A program made the position numbers and the translations under genes. This document shows positions 8,801 through 19,775 of a stretch of 64,000 bases of DNA, one piece after another. Each line of letters begins with the position of its first letter. Positions within the stretch are counted from its first letter, which is position 1. Under the pieces are notes generated by a model. The model saw only the letters and a list, made by a program, of their open reading frames with translations. It was not told the DNA's origin and did not search any database. This stretch comes from Cyanobacteria bacterium P01_F01_bin.56. GTDB taxonomy: Bacteria > Cyanobacteriota > Cyanobacteriia > Phormidesmidales > Phormidesmidaceae. Location of the stretch: NCBI GenBank assembly GCA_039185935.1, contig JBCDAJ010000012.1, forward strand, positions 2,023-66,022, in the 5' to 3' direction.

Positions 8801-11023
8801 CTAACCGAATCGGCTTGAAGTCGAGGCAATTAGGAAGGCGGCATAAGTCAGGATGTACCCCACTGTGAAGTGAGCCAAGCCAACTACGCGAGCCTGAACG
8901 ATGGATAGTGCAACGGGCTTATCCTTCCAGCGAACTAAGTTCGCGAGAGGAGTCCGCTCGTGTGCCCATACGATAGTTTCAATCAGCTCCTGCCAGTAAC
9001 CCCGCCAAGAGATCAAGAACATGAACCCAGTTGCCCAAACTAAGTGAGCAAACAAGAACATCCAAGCCCAAACGGAAAGGTTGTTCATGCCGTAAGAGTT
9101 GTAGCCATTGATCAACTGAGAAGAGTTGAGCCAGAGGTAATCTCTGAACCAGCCCATCAGATGGGTAGAAGAAGTGTTGAACTGGGCAACATTACCAGAC
9201 CAGACGCTTAAATGCTTCCAGTGCCAGTAGAAAGTCGTCCAACCTAAGGTGTTCAACATCCAGAACATGGCCAGGTAGAAGGCATCCCAAGCAGAGATGT
9301 CGCAAGTACCGCCACGACCCGGACCATCGCAAGGGAAGCTGTAGCCAAAGTCTTTCTTGTCAGGCATCAGCTTAGAGCCGCGTGCATCCAGCGCACCCTT
9401 GACCAAGATCAGAGTGGTGGTGTGCAGACCCAAAGCAATCGCGTGGTGGACCAAGAAATCACCAGGGCCAATATCCAAAAACAGAGAGTTAGAACCACTG
9501 TTGATGGCATCCATCCAACCCGGTAGCCAGACGTTTCCGCCATTTGGCCAAGCCGTGGTTGCAAGGCTATCGGGGTTAGACAGCAAAGCATCAAACCCGT
9601 AAATCATCTTGCCAGAAGCTGCTTGTACCCACTGAGCAAAAACGGGTTCGACCAGGATTTGCTTTTCAGGCGTACCAAAAGCCATCACAACGTCATTGTG
9701 AACATACAGCCCCAAGGTGTGGAAACCGAGGAACAAGGAAACCCAGCTCAAGTGAGAGATGATCGCTTCCTTGTGCTGTAGAACCCGGTCGAGGACATTG
9801 TCCTTGTTAGCGATGGGGTCATAGTCCCGAATCAAGAAGATCGCCCCGTGAGCAAACGCCCCCACCATGATGAAGCCAGCAATGTACTGATGGTGAGTAT
9901 AGAGCGCTGCTTGAGTGGTGTAGTCCCGAGCCATAAAGGCATAGGGAGGCAGGGCATACATGTGCTGAGCAACCAGAGAAGTCACCACACCCAAACTGGC
10001 CAATGCTAAAGCCAACTGGAAGTGTAAGGAATTGTTCAGCGTGTCATACAAGCCCTTATGCCCCTCACCCAGGCTACCAGGAGTACCGATTGGAGGATTG
10101 TGAGCATTCAAGATCTCCTTGATGCTATGACCAATCCCAAAATTGGTTCGGTACATATGACCTGCGACGATGAAAAGCACCGCGATCGCCAAATGGTGAT
10201 GGGCCATATCCGTCAGCCAGAGAGACTCTGTCTGGGGGTGAAAACCGCCCAAGAAGGTCAAAATCGCTGTCCCGGCGCCGGTAGAAGTCCCAAAAACATG
10301 ATCCAATGTGTCAGGACTTTGAGCATATACGCCCCAATTACCGGTAAAGAACGGTGCTAGACCGGCCGGATGTGGAGGAGTGGTCAAAAAGTTACCCCAA
10401 CCCACATGCTGCCCACGAGACTCAGGAATAGCCACATGTACTAAGTGACCAGTCCAAGCCAAAGAGCTGACGCCAAAGAGACCAGCCAAATGGTGATTCA
10501 AACGAGACTCAGCATTCTTGAACCAGGAGAGGCTCGGGCGGAACTTGGGCTGCAAGTGTAGCCAACCAGCAAACAAGAAGATTGCCGACAAAATCAGCAA
10601 AAATACTGCACCAGTGTACAAATCCGTATTGGTGCGCATACCGATGGTGTACCACCAGTGATAAACACCCGAAAAAGCAATGTTAACCGGGTTAGAAGCG
10701 CCAGCCTGAGTAAACGCATCTACTGCAGGTTGACCAAAGTGAGGATCCCAAATCGCGTGGGCGATGGGACGAATATTCAGCGGATCTTTGATCCACTGTT
10801 CGAAGTTGCCTTGCCAAGCAACGTGAAAGAGGTTGCCAGAAGTCCACAGGAAAATAATCGCCAGGTGACCAAAGTGAGAGGCAAAAATCTTTTGATAAAG
10901 ATTTTCCTCAGTCATGCCATCGTGGCTTTCAAAGTCGTGGGCAGTGGCAATCCCGTACCAAATCCGACGGGTTGTCGGATCTTGAGCGAGTGCTTGGCTA
11001 AATTTTGGAAATTTAGTCGCCAT
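8801..11023 (-). CDS. psaB: Photosystem I P700 apoprotein A2
   Basis: [22 protein letters not shown]; [12 protein letters not shown] Fx motif. Confidence 0.99.
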   Translation of the reverse strand: MATKFPKFSQALAQDPTTRRIWYGIATAHDFESHDGMTEENLYQKIFASHFGHLAIIFLWTSGNLFHVAWQGNFEQWIKDPLNIRPIAHAIWDPHFGQPAVDAFTQAGASNPVNIAFSGVYHWWYTIGMRTNTDLYTGAVFLLILSAIFLFAGWLHLQPKFRPSLSWFKNAESRLNHHLAGLFGVSSLAWTGHLVHVAIPESRGQHVGWGNFLTTPPHPAGLAPFFTGNWGVYAQSPDTLDHVFGTSTGAGTAILTFLGGFHPQTESLWLTDMAHHHLAIAVLFIVAGHMYRTNFGIGHSIKEILNAHNPPIGTPGSLGEGHKGLYDTLNNSLHFQLALALASLGVVTSLVAQHMYALPPYAFMARDYTTQAALYTHHQYIAGFIMVGAFAHGAIFLIRDYDPIANKDNVLDRVLQHKEAIISHLSWVSLFLGFHTLGLYVHNDVVMAFGTPEKQILVEPVFAQWVQAASGKMIYGFDALLSNPDSLATTAWPNGGNVWLPGWMDAINSGSNSLFLDIGPGDFLVHHAIALGLHTTTLILVKGALDARGSKLMPDKKDFGYSFPCDGPGRGGTCDISAWDAFYLAMFWMLNTLGWTTFYWHWKHLSVWSGNVAQFNTSSTHLMGWFRDYLWLNSSQLINGYNSYGMNNLSVWAWMFLFAHLVWATGFMFLISWRGYWQELIETIVWAHERTPLANLVRWKDKPVALSIVQARVVGLAHFTVGYILTYAAFLIASTSSRFG

Positions 11024-11046
11024 AGATTTCTTTCAAATCCTCCCTG

Positions 11047-13311
11047 CTAGCCCAGTGTCAGTATTCGAGCGTGGAAAAAGGCCCAAGTAGTGCCGATTCC
11101 TCCCAAGAGATAGTGGGCTAAGCCAACTGCACGCCCCTGAGTGATACTCAGAGCACGAGGTTGAATAGCAGGAGCCACCTTCAACTTGTTGTGAGCCCAA
11201 ACAATAGACTCAATTAACTCTTGCCAGTAGCCGCGACCGCTGAACAAGAACATCAGACTAAACGCCCAAACAAAGTGAGCACCCAAGAATATCAGACCGT
11301 AGGCTGACAGAGCCGAACCGTAGGAATTGATAACCTGGCTTGCTTGTGCCCATAGGAAATCGCGCAACCAGCCATTAATGGTAATTGCGCTGTTTGCAAA
11401 ATTTCCATAAGTGATGTGAGAAACCGCTCCACTGTCTGAAACCGCACCCCAAACATCGGACTGCATCTTCCAACTGAAGTGGAAAATAACGATAGAAATG
11501 GAGTTGTACATCCAGAACAGCCCCAAGAACACGTGGTCCCAACCAGAAACCTGGCAAGTACCACCGCGACCAGGACCATCGCAGGGAAAGCGGAAACCTA
11601 ATTCACCCTTATCGGGGATAAGCCGAGAGCTGCGAGCATATAGCACACCTTTCAATAGAATCAACGCCGTCACGTGAATCGTGAAGGCATGAATATGGTG
11701 AACCATGAAGTCAGCTGTACCCAACGTGATGGGCATCATTGCGACTTTTCCACCCACGGCAACAACGTCACCACCAAACGCCGGACTCACACCCGCTATC
11801 GCATTAGGAGCAGTAGAGCCAGCAGCCATACTGTGCATGCTTTGGACAAATTGCGCAAAAACCGGCTGCAGCTGAATAGCGGAGTCAGAGAACATGTCTT
11901 GAGGTCGCCCCAAGGCCCGCATGGTGTCGTTGTGAATGTAAAGACCAAAGCTATGGAAGCCGAGGAAAATACAAACCCAGTTCAAGTGAGAAATGATGGC
12001 ATCGCGAGAACGAATCATACGATCCAGAGCATTGTCAAAGTTCACTTCTGGGTCGTAATCACGCACCATGAAGATAGCGGCATGAGCAGCCCCCCCAACG
12101 ATACAGAAAGCACCAATCCACATGTGATGGGTGAACAGACATAACTGAGTCGCATAATCCGTCGCAATGTACGGATATGGAGGCATGGCATACATATGAT
12201 GCGCCACGATGATGGTCAAAGAACCTAAAATCGCCAAGTTCACAGCTAGCTGAGCATGCCAGGAAGTGGTGAGATTCTCATAAAGACCGTCATGACCCTT
12301 GCCACCAAACAGCATAGGATCGCCTTTGTGTCCTTCCAAAATTTCCTTCATGCTGTGGCCGATACCCCAGTTAGTGCGGTACATATGACCAGCCACAATG
12401 AAGAGAACTGCCAAAGCCAAGTGGTGATGTGCCGTATCAGACAACCAAAGGCTACCTGTTACAGGATTCAAACCACCTTTGAAGGTAAGGAAATCAGAGT
12501 AGGCAGACCAATTCAAAGTAAAGAACGGCGTCAGACCCTGGGCAAAGCTGGGATATAGCTCAGCCATAAAACCCTTGTCAAACAAGAATTCGTGAGGCAA
12601 GGGAATATCTTGCGGAGCAACTCCAGCATCTAGCAAGGCGTTGATGGGCAAAGACACATGAATTTGGTGCCCAGCCCAACTCAAACAGCCGAGGCCCAAC
12701 AAACCAGCCAGGTGATGATTCATCATCGATTCCACGTTTTGGAACCACTCGAGCTTGGGTGCTCGCTTGTGGTAGTGAAACCAGCCGGCAAATAGCATAA
12801 GACCAGCCATTACAAGCCCGCCGATCGCGGTGCAGTAGAGCTGATAGCTGTTGGTGATACCAGAAGCTCGCCAGAGCTGGAAGAAACCAGAAGTGATCTG
12901 TACACCCTGGAAACCGCCACCTACATCGCCATTCAAAATCTCTTGGCCAACGACAGTCCAAACGACCTGAGCACTAGGCTTAATGCCGGTGGGGTCTGTC
13001 ATCCAAGCTTCATAGTTGGAAAATTTAGCGCCATGAAAATACATACCGCTAAGCCAGATGAAGACGACGGCCAGATGACCGAAATGCGCGCTAAAAATCT
13101 TGCGCGAAATGTCTTCTAAGTCACTGGTATGACTATCAAAATCGTGAGCGTCGGCGTGAAGATTCCAAATCCATGTGGTGGTTTTGGGTCCTCTTGCAAG
13201 GGTGCGATCAAAGTGACCCGGCTTAGCCCACTTCTCAAAAGAAGTAGGAACGGGATCTTTATCTACCGTCACCTTTACAGCTGCCTCGCGCTCGCGTGGT
13301 GTAGTTGTCAT
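11047..13311 (-). CDS. psaA: Photosystem I P700 apoprotein A1
   Basis: [29 protein letters not shown]; start MTTTPRE at 13311 with GGAG RBS. Confidence 0.99.
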   Translation of the reverse strand: MTTTPREREAAVKVTVDKDPVPTSFEKWAKPGHFDRTLARGPKTTTWIWNLHADAHDFDSHTSDLEDISRKIFSAHFGHLAVVFIWLSGMYFHGAKFSNYEAWMTDPTGIKPSAQVVWTVVGQEILNGDVGGGFQGVQITSGFFQLWRASGITNSYQLYCTAIGGLVMAGLMLFAGWFHYHKRAPKLEWFQNVESMMNHHLAGLLGLGCLSWAGHQIHVSLPINALLDAGVAPQDIPLPHEFLFDKGFMAELYPSFAQGLTPFFTLNWSAYSDFLTFKGGLNPVTGSLWLSDTAHHHLALAVLFIVAGHMYRTNWGIGHSMKEILEGHKGDPMLFGGKGHDGLYENLTTSWHAQLAVNLAILGSLTIIVAHHMYAMPPYPYIATDYATQLCLFTHHMWIGAFCIVGGAAHAAIFMVRDYDPEVNFDNALDRMIRSRDAIISHLNWVCIFLGFHSFGLYIHNDTMRALGRPQDMFSDSAIQLQPVFAQFVQSMHSMAAGSTAPNAIAGVSPAFGGDVVAVGGKVAMMPITLGTADFMVHHIHAFTIHVTALILLKGVLYARSSRLIPDKGELGFRFPCDGPGRGGTCQVSGWDHVFLGLFWMYNSISIVIFHFSWKMQSDVWGAVSDSGAVSHITYGNFANSAITINGWLRDFLWAQASQVINSYGSALSAYGLIFLGAHFVWAFSLMFLFSGRGYWQELIESIVWAHNKLKVAPAIQPRALSITQGRAVGLAHYLLGGIGTTWAFFHARILTLG

Positions 13312-13480
13312 GGAGACTCTCCTCTCTCTAGACAAACGAGCATTTACAAGTTGCTTAAGTGCTGCATACCAATTATGACGCTATCTAAAGGATTAATAAA
13401 CCCTAAATCTGCACAATTTGGCCTACAGTTACTTCCGGTTATTATAAACGGCTTGTTTTCCTTATCTGAGATTATGTTAA
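13312..13480 (-). promoter_or_regulatory. psaA promoter / 5' UTR, possibly containing the psaA RNA motif
   Basis: Candidate -10 boxes (TATAAT about 13441-13446, CATAAT about 13471-13476 on the minus strand) and an AGGGTTTATTAATCCT hairpin in the leader; motif identity not verified. Confidence 0.4.
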
Positions 13481-13879
13481 CAATATTTCAACCTAGGAAA
13501 TCACTGTCCTGCCTGACTTTCAGGCGACGATGCCAATAAAAATCAGCCTCAAAAACCGCAGCATTAACAATTCTCAATCAAAACCCTCGACGAACTTCTT
13601 GACATTCAGGCGATTAGGACGAGGTTTTATCAAGAAAAGTAAATTTTCTTGTATGAATTGCGGTTTTTCTAGGTATTTATGTTGCTTTCTGAAGATTTTA
13701 TGATTTGTTTTTCGGGCGATTCTTATTGTGTCGATTAAAAACTTCAATTTTAGTAATCAATTCGTCAATTTTCATCAGCGCTTAACTATGCAAGTTGCTG
13801 ATTCTGGGGCTGTGCTCTTTCGTCCTGATCCAACCTAGGGGAAAATCTGAAACGGGCACGTCAGGAAGGGAGTGAGGGC

Positions 13880-15691
13880 ATGGCAACCAAATTACGGCGC
13901 GCGATCGCGCTGTGTCTGATGGTGGTGGCGTTAGGCATGGCCAGTTGCGGTAGTGATAGCGACATACCGGTAGTGCTTATCGCACCCGATGAAACTGCCC
14001 CAGCGGCTCATCCCTTGGTGGGAGCGATCGCGGAAGTTTCGCCTCCCGAACGGATTCAACAACTGAAACCCTATTTAGACGTGTATGAGCCCCAGGTGCG
14101 CATTGCTAGTCCCGATCAAGATGCAACGCTGGTTAGCACCTCCATTCAAGTCGATCTACAAATCCGCGACTTTCCTATATATAAAGATCAGCAAATCGGC
14201 TTAGGCCCTCATCTCCATCTCTTTCTGGATGACCAGCCCCATCAAGCGATCTATGACGCCGATACCTCCATTACCTTGGCAGACTTAGCGCCGGGGACTC
14301 ACACCCTACGTCTTTTAGCAGTGCGGCCTTGGGGAGAAAGTTTCAAAAACGCAGGAGCTTATGATCAAGTCACGTTTAACGTGTTTGCGGCCTCCCCTCA
14401 AAATAAACCGGACGAGAGTAAACCGGTACTGACCTATAACCAGCCCCAAAATAGCTACGGAGCTGAACCAATTTTGCTAGATTTTTATCTCAGCAATGCG
14501 CCCCCCCATCTGGTCGCTCAAACTGATGAAACAATTGATGATTGGCGCATTCGCTGCACTGTAAATGGCGAGTCTTTTGTTTTTGATCGCTGGCAACCGA
14601 TCTATCTAAAGGGGCTTAAACCGGGTAAAAACTGGGTCAAGTTAGAGCTGATTGATGACAACGGCAACCTCATCGACAACGCTTTTAGTACAGGGTTGCG
14701 AGTAATTGATTACCAGCCCGGCGGCGAAGATGGATTGTCGCAGTTGGTTCGAGGTGAGATTTCGCTAGATCAAGCCAAGGTCCTGGTCGATGCCAGCTAT
14801 GAGCCTCCCGTGCTCACTATCGAAAATTCAATTGATGCGATCGCGCCTGATCAAGCCTCTGAGTCAGTGACAGCAACCGATAGCGATGAGGCGGCAAGCG
14901 CCTTCACCACTGATGAGTCAGCCGCGTCAGAGGCCAAACCTGAGAGCTTGGCAACGCCCGCTTCTGCCGACGGCTTGGATAACCCGCTCGAGGAAGCGCC
15001 TGCAAAGCTGCTGGAGGAAGGCAACTCTGCAGCAACATCAACGCCTGAGGCCGTCGATGAAACCCCTGCCGCCGCTGAAGCTGAAGAGAACCTAGGCGAA
15101 ATTTCTCCCTTAGATCTACCTGGTGGGGCAACTGATTCTGTACCTGGAGAAAACATTGACATAGAAGCTGCAGATAGCGATCGCCCCCAACCAACCTCGT
15201 CCACTAGCCAACCCATAACTACAAATAGCCTTGGGAACTCTAACGACGACGCCCAAAGCGAGCCCATGATAAAGACGGCTTCCGAGGAGGACACGGCAGA
15301 AGAGGCTCCCGAGGACGAGATTGTGAAGAGCACCACTGGAGACTCGGGCCAGCCGGCGGCAACGCTAAATAACACTGATGAGACTGCGTCAGTGTCTTCT
15401 CTAGGCGAGCAAAACAAAAATGAGGATGATGGCCTAACAGAGAATTCTCGCTTGGAAGAATCTCAAGATGCTGTTTTTTCGAAAGCGACTTCTTCTGACG
15501 AGTCAACTTCTGACGAGTCAATTTCTGACAAGTCAACTTCTGACAAGTCAACATTGATGCCGGAGGCAGAGAAGACTGCTAGTGACAATATTGATACCTC
15601 GGATGAACCAAGCGATATTGAAGCTCCTAGCAAGACCCAATCGTCACAAACAAATCTCAAAACGCTAGAGGATAACGCTGATCTCATTTAA
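13880..15691 (+). CDS. Putative lipoprotein with His-containing N-terminal domain and long acidic low-complexity tail
   Basis: Signal peptide with lipobox-like GMASC; GPHLHLFLD and PGTHTLR motifs; C-terminal half rich in D/E/S/T/A. Confidence 0.75.
   Translation: MATKLRRAIALCLMVVALGMASCGSDSDIPVVLIAPDETAPAAHPLVGAIAEVSPPERIQQLKPYLDVYEPQVRIASPDQDATLVSTSIQVDLQIRDFPIYKDQQIGLGPHLHLFLDDQPHQAIYDADTSITLADLAPGTHTLRLLAVRPWGESFKNAGAYDQVTFNVFAASPQNKPDESKPVLTYNQPQNSYGAEPILLDFYLSNAPPHLVAQTDETIDDWRIRCTVNGESFVFDRWQPIYLKGLKPGKNWVKLELIDDNGNLIDNAFSTGLRVIDYQPGGEDGLSQLVRGEISLDQAKVLVDASYEPPVLTIENSIDAIAPDQASESVTATDSDEAASAFTTDESAASEAKPESLATPASADGLDNPLEEAPAKLLEEGNSAATSTPEAVDETPAAAEAEENLGEISPLDLPGGATDSVPGENIDIEAADSDRPQPTSSTSQPITTNSLGNSNDDAQSEPMIKTASEEDTAEEAPEDEIVKSTTGDSGQPAATLNNTDETASVSSLGEQNKNEDDGLTENSRLEESQDAVFSKATSSDESTSDESISDKSTSDKSTLMPEAEKTASDNIDTSDEPSDIEAPSKTQSSQTNLKTLEDNADLI
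15491..15550 (+). repeat. Coding 15-bp tandem repeat x4 (TSDES/ISDKS)
   Basis: Units close to ACTTCTGAC(G/A)AGTCA, four copies. Confidence 0.9.
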
Positions 15692-15777
15692 TAACTGTTA
15701 TAAGTGGATTCTTCGAGTCGGTGATCGCCTGAAATCGGGCAAGCTGGAGTTAGCGCTGTTGAGCTCGGGAGGTCGTC

Positions 15778-16812
15778 ATGAGCAATTCACAGTTGTTGGC
15801 ACAAGCTCGAGCTGGTAACGCGATCGCGATCGCCAAGTTACTTAACCTCTCCTTACAGCCCCAAGGTATTTTGGCCCGAGTCGAACCGCTTGATCGAGGT
15901 CTTCGCATTGCTTTAGAAGCGCCCCAAGTACCGCCGGTCGAGCAGATGGAACAGCGCCTTCGAGTCGGGCTAGAGAAGTTGCAACCCCAAGGCATCACCT
16001 CAGTCATCATGCAGGGATTTGCATTGGGTGCTAGCCAGCCGACGTGGACCCAGCAGATTTTCCTGACAACGACTGGAGAGGCGCATCCGGCAACGGGGCG
16101 ATCGCCAGCAACAAACTCGCCACCGCTAACCATGCCGCCTCACGCGCCAGCGGATTTATCCGGTTCCACCCCTCCAGAACCTCTTTCCCAAGCGGTGATG
16201 ACAGGAAGCAAGCCATCTCAGCCTCATCGGCGCCCCAGTCAACCGCCCGCTCGGCCTTCCTCCCAACCCTTTGTGCTGAAATGGGAGGACTTTGAGCCAA
16301 TGATGCTGGCCATTATTGGGTTCATTGCCATTTATGGGTTTCTCGGAGCCCGTAATCCCAGTTATGACGGTCCCTTCATGTGGCTGCACTACCCTGATCT
16401 TGCCATTCACGAAACGGGGCATCTGCTGTTCATGCCATTTGGACATTTCTTAATGCTTCTGGGGGGATCTGTGACCCAGATTGCTTTCCCTGCAGTGTTT
16501 ACTGGTTACTTTTATTGCACCCAGCAATATTTTTCGAGTGCGCTCACTCTATTTTGGACGGGGCAAAACTTCATGGATGTCGCGGTTTACATGGCCGATG
16601 CGCCTCATCGTGTGCTGCCACTCACCAACCCCGATATTAACGCCCACGATTGGTGGCAACTTTTTAACATGATGAACTGTCTGCAAAATGCGGAATTCAT
16701 CGCCGGAGTCACTCACTGGCTAGGGGTTTTGTTATACGTCGCATCAGTGATTGCCGGGGTTTATGTTGCTTATCAGCATCAGCAAGAGATGAATCAGCGC
16801 CAGAGAGTGTGA
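15778..16812 (+). CDS. Membrane protein with HExxH motif (putative M50-like metallopeptidase) and Pro-rich linker
   Basis: AIHETGHLL, several TM segments, HDW motif. Confidence 0.6.
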   Translation: MSNSQLLAQARAGNAIAIAKLLNLSLQPQGILARVEPLDRGLRIALEAPQVPPVEQMEQRLRVGLEKLQPQGITSVIMQGFALGASQPTWTQQIFLTTTGEAHPATGRSPATNSPPLTMPPHAPADLSGSTPPEPLSQAVMTGSKPSQPHRRPSQPPARPSSQPFVLKWEDFEPMMLAIIGFIAIYGFLGARNPSYDGPFMWLHYPDLAIHETGHLLFMPFGHFLMLLGGSVTQIAFPAVFTGYFYCTQQYFSSALTLFWTGQNFMDVAVYMADAPHRVLPLTNPDINAHDWWQLFNMMNCLQNAEFIAGVTHWLGVLLYVASVIAGVYVAYQHQQEMNQRQRV

Positions 16813-16943
16813 GGATGATCAAGTGCGCAGATGTCAGAGTTTGCTGCTCATTGCTCTAGTCAGTCAACCCAGCCGCCCCCCCATCCAGCCCCCATCCACC
16901 CGCCCTCGCGATAGGCTAGACAGGTTGCCATTAGGAGCGTTGC

Positions 16944-17741
16944 GTGACACAGCCAGAGGAGTTGCGGCAGTTATTAGAAGCGATCGCCCAGGGCCGGGTC
17001 AGTCCACAGTCGGCATTTGACAAGCTGAAGTATTTGGAATTTGAGTCGATCGACGAGTTTGCCAAGGTCGACCACCATCGATCGCTCCGAACGGGCTTTC
17101 CAGAAGTCATTTGGGGACCGGGAAAGACTGTTGAGCAGATTGTGGCGATTATGCAAGCGATGCGCGATCGCACTCCTGTGGTCATGGCTACCCGTATTGA
17201 GCCAGAGGTGGCTCAACAGATTCGCCTGGCGTTGCCCGCCGCCATGTACTTTGAGACCGCTAAAATTTGTGCGTTAGTACCCATGAATCTCCACCCTCAG
17301 CATTTGGGCATCATCGGTATTCTCACCGCCGGAACAGCCGATTTACCCGTGGCCGAAGAAGCTGCAGTAACCGCTGAGTTGTCAGGCTTCCAAGTTTTAC
17401 GCCTGTGGGATGTGGGGGTTGCAGGCATTCATCGACTGCTGCGGCACCGCGATGTGGTCGCTCAGGCCGATGTGCTGATCGTAGTTGCCGGGATGGAGGG
17501 AGCACTGCCGAGTGTGGTGGCAGGCTTTTCGGACTGCCCCATTGTCGCGGTGCCGACCAGCATTGGCTACGGGGCCAGTTTTGGCGGCGTCTCAGCCTTA
17601 CTGACCATGCTCAATTCCTGTGCCACCGGGATTGGCGTGGTGAATATCGACAATGGGTTTGGTGCCGCGATGTTGGCAGGGCAAATTTTACGCACGGCAG
17701 AGCGCATTCAGGAACGGAGCGATCGCATACAGCCCTCCTGA
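16944..17741 (+). CDS. larB: LarB / CpmA (AIR-carboxylase-like nickel-pincer biosynthesis protein)
   Basis: DHHRSLRTGFPEVIWGPGKT, AGTADLPVAEEA, VAGMEGALPSVV, NIDNGFGAA. Confidence 0.9.
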   Translation: MTQPEELRQLLEAIAQGRVSPQSAFDKLKYLEFESIDEFAKVDHHRSLRTGFPEVIWGPGKTVEQIVAIMQAMRDRTPVVMATRIEPEVAQQIRLALPAAMYFETAKICALVPMNLHPQHLGIIGILTAGTADLPVAEEAAVTAELSGFQVLRLWDVGVAGIHRLLRHRDVVAQADVLIVVAGMEGALPSVVAGFSDCPIVAVPTSIGYGASFGGVSALLTMLNSCATGIGVVNIDNGFGAAMLAGQILRTAERIQERSDRIQPS

Positions 17742-17824
17742 CCATTTACTACCGGAGTTAACCATGGTCACAATTTTCCGAACCGGCGATAACGCTCCAA
17801 CCTTGGTTGAGAGGGCTCTACAGC

Positions 17825-18829
17825 ATGACTAGAAAACTCTGGTGGATGATTTTACTAATTCCTCTGGCGATGAGTTGTAGTCGTAATGACGACGAATTTA
17901 GCCACGTCAGAAATGAATGTCTTGAATCACAAGAGGGCTCAGTGAGCGAACAACTAAGGAATCTTGATCGAGCAGCACTCCTTAGCAATCCGGGAGAGTA
18001 TTTGAGGGATCCAGAGGGCTATTTGAGGAGTCGCGGGGTTGACATCGAAGCTTATCAACAAGAGGTTGCAACACACTTTAGCCGCCCTTGGTCTGAGAGA
18101 CGCGGCGTTGAATATTCTGATCGCAACACAACCATTACTTTGGTGCGATCACCTATCGATCAGCTCACCCATTCGATTTCAGCGAGTGCCCTAACAACAC
18201 AGCGCGATGTATTAGATGCTGAGATTGAAATACCCAATCTTTTCGGCTTTGCTTATCAGTTGACAGAACACGATTGGTCAATTTTCTTTTGGGAAGCACT
18301 GAACTTTTCGACTGTCAGTCGGACATCCACCATACCTGGAGCGGCTCAGCTATCAAAAGCACTTGGAGCGCCTGCGATTAGCCTGACCATCAGCGACACA
18401 GGTGGTCTGCTCGCATATGATTTCTTCGAAGATGGCGAGCAGACTGAAGCCTTTTATAGATCAGCAGACCAACCAGAAAACTGCCCCGATGGAGGCAATT
18501 TAGCGCTCCAAAGATACGTGTATCCACCGAATCCTGATATTGATCCCGAGGCAGGCGATTTAGTCGTTTGCTTTGGCTCAAATCGTCGACAAATAGATGT
18601 GGCAGTGCTGAAAGACACCTCGGGTTTTGTCAATCAATTTATGTGTGAATTAGGCGCTTATGATCCCGATATTGGGATCAATTACTTGTTGGGCGCTTAT
18701 CGGCTGGAGTTAGGGAATCTATACACGGTACAAAATCCCGGCTTTCGTATAACGCTACCTTTTTCTGATCAAGAGGTTCACACAGTTCCAGATTTTGTCC
18801 GCGTTGATTTCTTCAAATTTGAGGACTAG
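17825..18829 (+). CDS. Hypothetical lipoprotein
   Basis: Lipobox-like LAMSC after a short hydrophobic leader; long ORF with no recognised domain. Confidence 0.65.
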   Translation: MTRKLWWMILLIPLAMSCSRNDDEFSHVRNECLESQEGSVSEQLRNLDRAALLSNPGEYLRDPEGYLRSRGVDIEAYQQEVATHFSRPWSERRGVEYSDRNTTITLVRSPIDQLTHSISASALTTQRDVLDAEIEIPNLFGFAYQLTEHDWSIFFWEALNFSTVSRTSTIPGAAQLSKALGAPAISLTISDTGGLLAYDFFEDGEQTEAFYRSADQPENCPDGGNLALQRYVYPPNPDIDPEAGDLVVCFGSNRRQIDVAVLKDTSGFVNQFMCELGAYDPDIGINYLLGAYRLELGNLYTVQNPGFRITLPFSDQEVHTVPDFVRVDFFKFED

Positions 18830-18870
18830 AAGACCCTGGCGAGAGACGTCAAACTGTTAAGTACCAGGCT

Positions 18871-19392
18871 CTAGATGTCTGTATTCAGTTCGTCAAGAGC
18901 CAAGGTCTGATCAAACCAGCGGACTAAGAAACGGTTACAGCTATTGTGACCAGAGTTGCCCAGAGGCGTTGTGAGCGGCTCAAAGCCGGACTTTTGATAT
19001 AGGTTGATAGCACTTTGCATCGCGTCAAATGTTTCCAGATAGCAGCCACGGTATCCGTAGTCTGTGGCTATGCTGAGGAGTCGCTGCATCAGCGTTTGGC
19101 CCAATCCCTGCCCGCGATATCCGGGCAAGAGATACATTTTTTGCAGCTCACAGACGTTGTCATATTTGCAAGGAAAGGGAGCAATCCCGCCACCGCCAAT
19201 GATTTGTTCGCGGTGAGTCACGACATAGTAGATTGCCCGATCGCCCTGGTAAGCCTGCGATAAATGATCTAACTCAGGGTCTGCCCACGCAAAGCCGGGG
19301 CGATTAGCCCCAAACTCGGTCAAGACTTGGCGAATGATTGCGGCGATAGGCGCATCATCCTGAGCGCGCATCTCGCGCATCTCAAACGTCAT
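18871..19392 (-). CDS. GNAT N-acetyltransferase (YjgM-like)
   Basis: CELQKMYLLPGYRGQGLG acetyl-CoA motif; YLET..AINLY. Confidence 0.9.
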   Translation of the reverse strand: MTFEMREMRAQDDAPIAAIIRQVLTEFGANRPGFAWADPELDHLSQAYQGDRAIYYVVTHREQIIGGGGIAPFPCKYDNVCELQKMYLLPGYRGQGLGQTLMQRLLSIATDYGYRGCYLETFDAMQSAINLYQKSGFEPLTTPLGNSGHNSCNRFLVRWFDQTLALDELNTDI

Positions 19393-19404
19393 AACAGCAG
19401 TTGA

Positions 19405-19701
19405 TCAACGGGGGCCAGGATAACGGCGATCGCGACGGGTAAACAACTTCAAAAACGGCAGGCGATTTTGGACCCCGCGTGGTTTCAATCTTTCGCCAAG
19501 TTTATCAAGCGCGTTCGGTTCCGGATTCGGCGGCGCCGGTTCACCGCCGGGGGTATGCCACCAGGCTGATACCGTACCGCCAGCGAAACCAGCGATCGCC
19601 CCAAACAGGATGCTCGGAGCAATTTCGTAGCCCAATAGCAAAAATGCGGCCAGAAAAACCAGCCACGACTTCAACGCGACGGGGAAAATTTTATCAGTCA
19701 C
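19405..19701 (-). CDS. Small hypothetical membrane protein
   Basis: Two hydrophobic segments; co-oriented with its neighbours. Confidence 0.7.
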   Translation of the reverse strand: MTDKIFPVALKSWLVFLAAFLLLGYEIAPSILFGAIAGFAGGTVSAWWHTPGGEPAPPNPEPNALDKLGERLKPRGVQNRLPFLKLFTRRDRRYPGPR

Positions 19702-19775
19702 AATTTACCCGCAGATCAATAGGTCTCTTAGACTGCCAGGCCTCCATAGATACGGGACGCAGCCGTCTAAAGCAT

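Noticed and set aside
8801-13311. Far-red-light (FaRLiP) psaA2/psaB2
   Set aside because: No adjacent rfpABC, chlF or paralogous psa/psb/apc genes in the window
14851-15417. 188-aa antisense Ser-rich ORF
   Set aside because: Mirror of the acidic low-complexity tail on the plus strand
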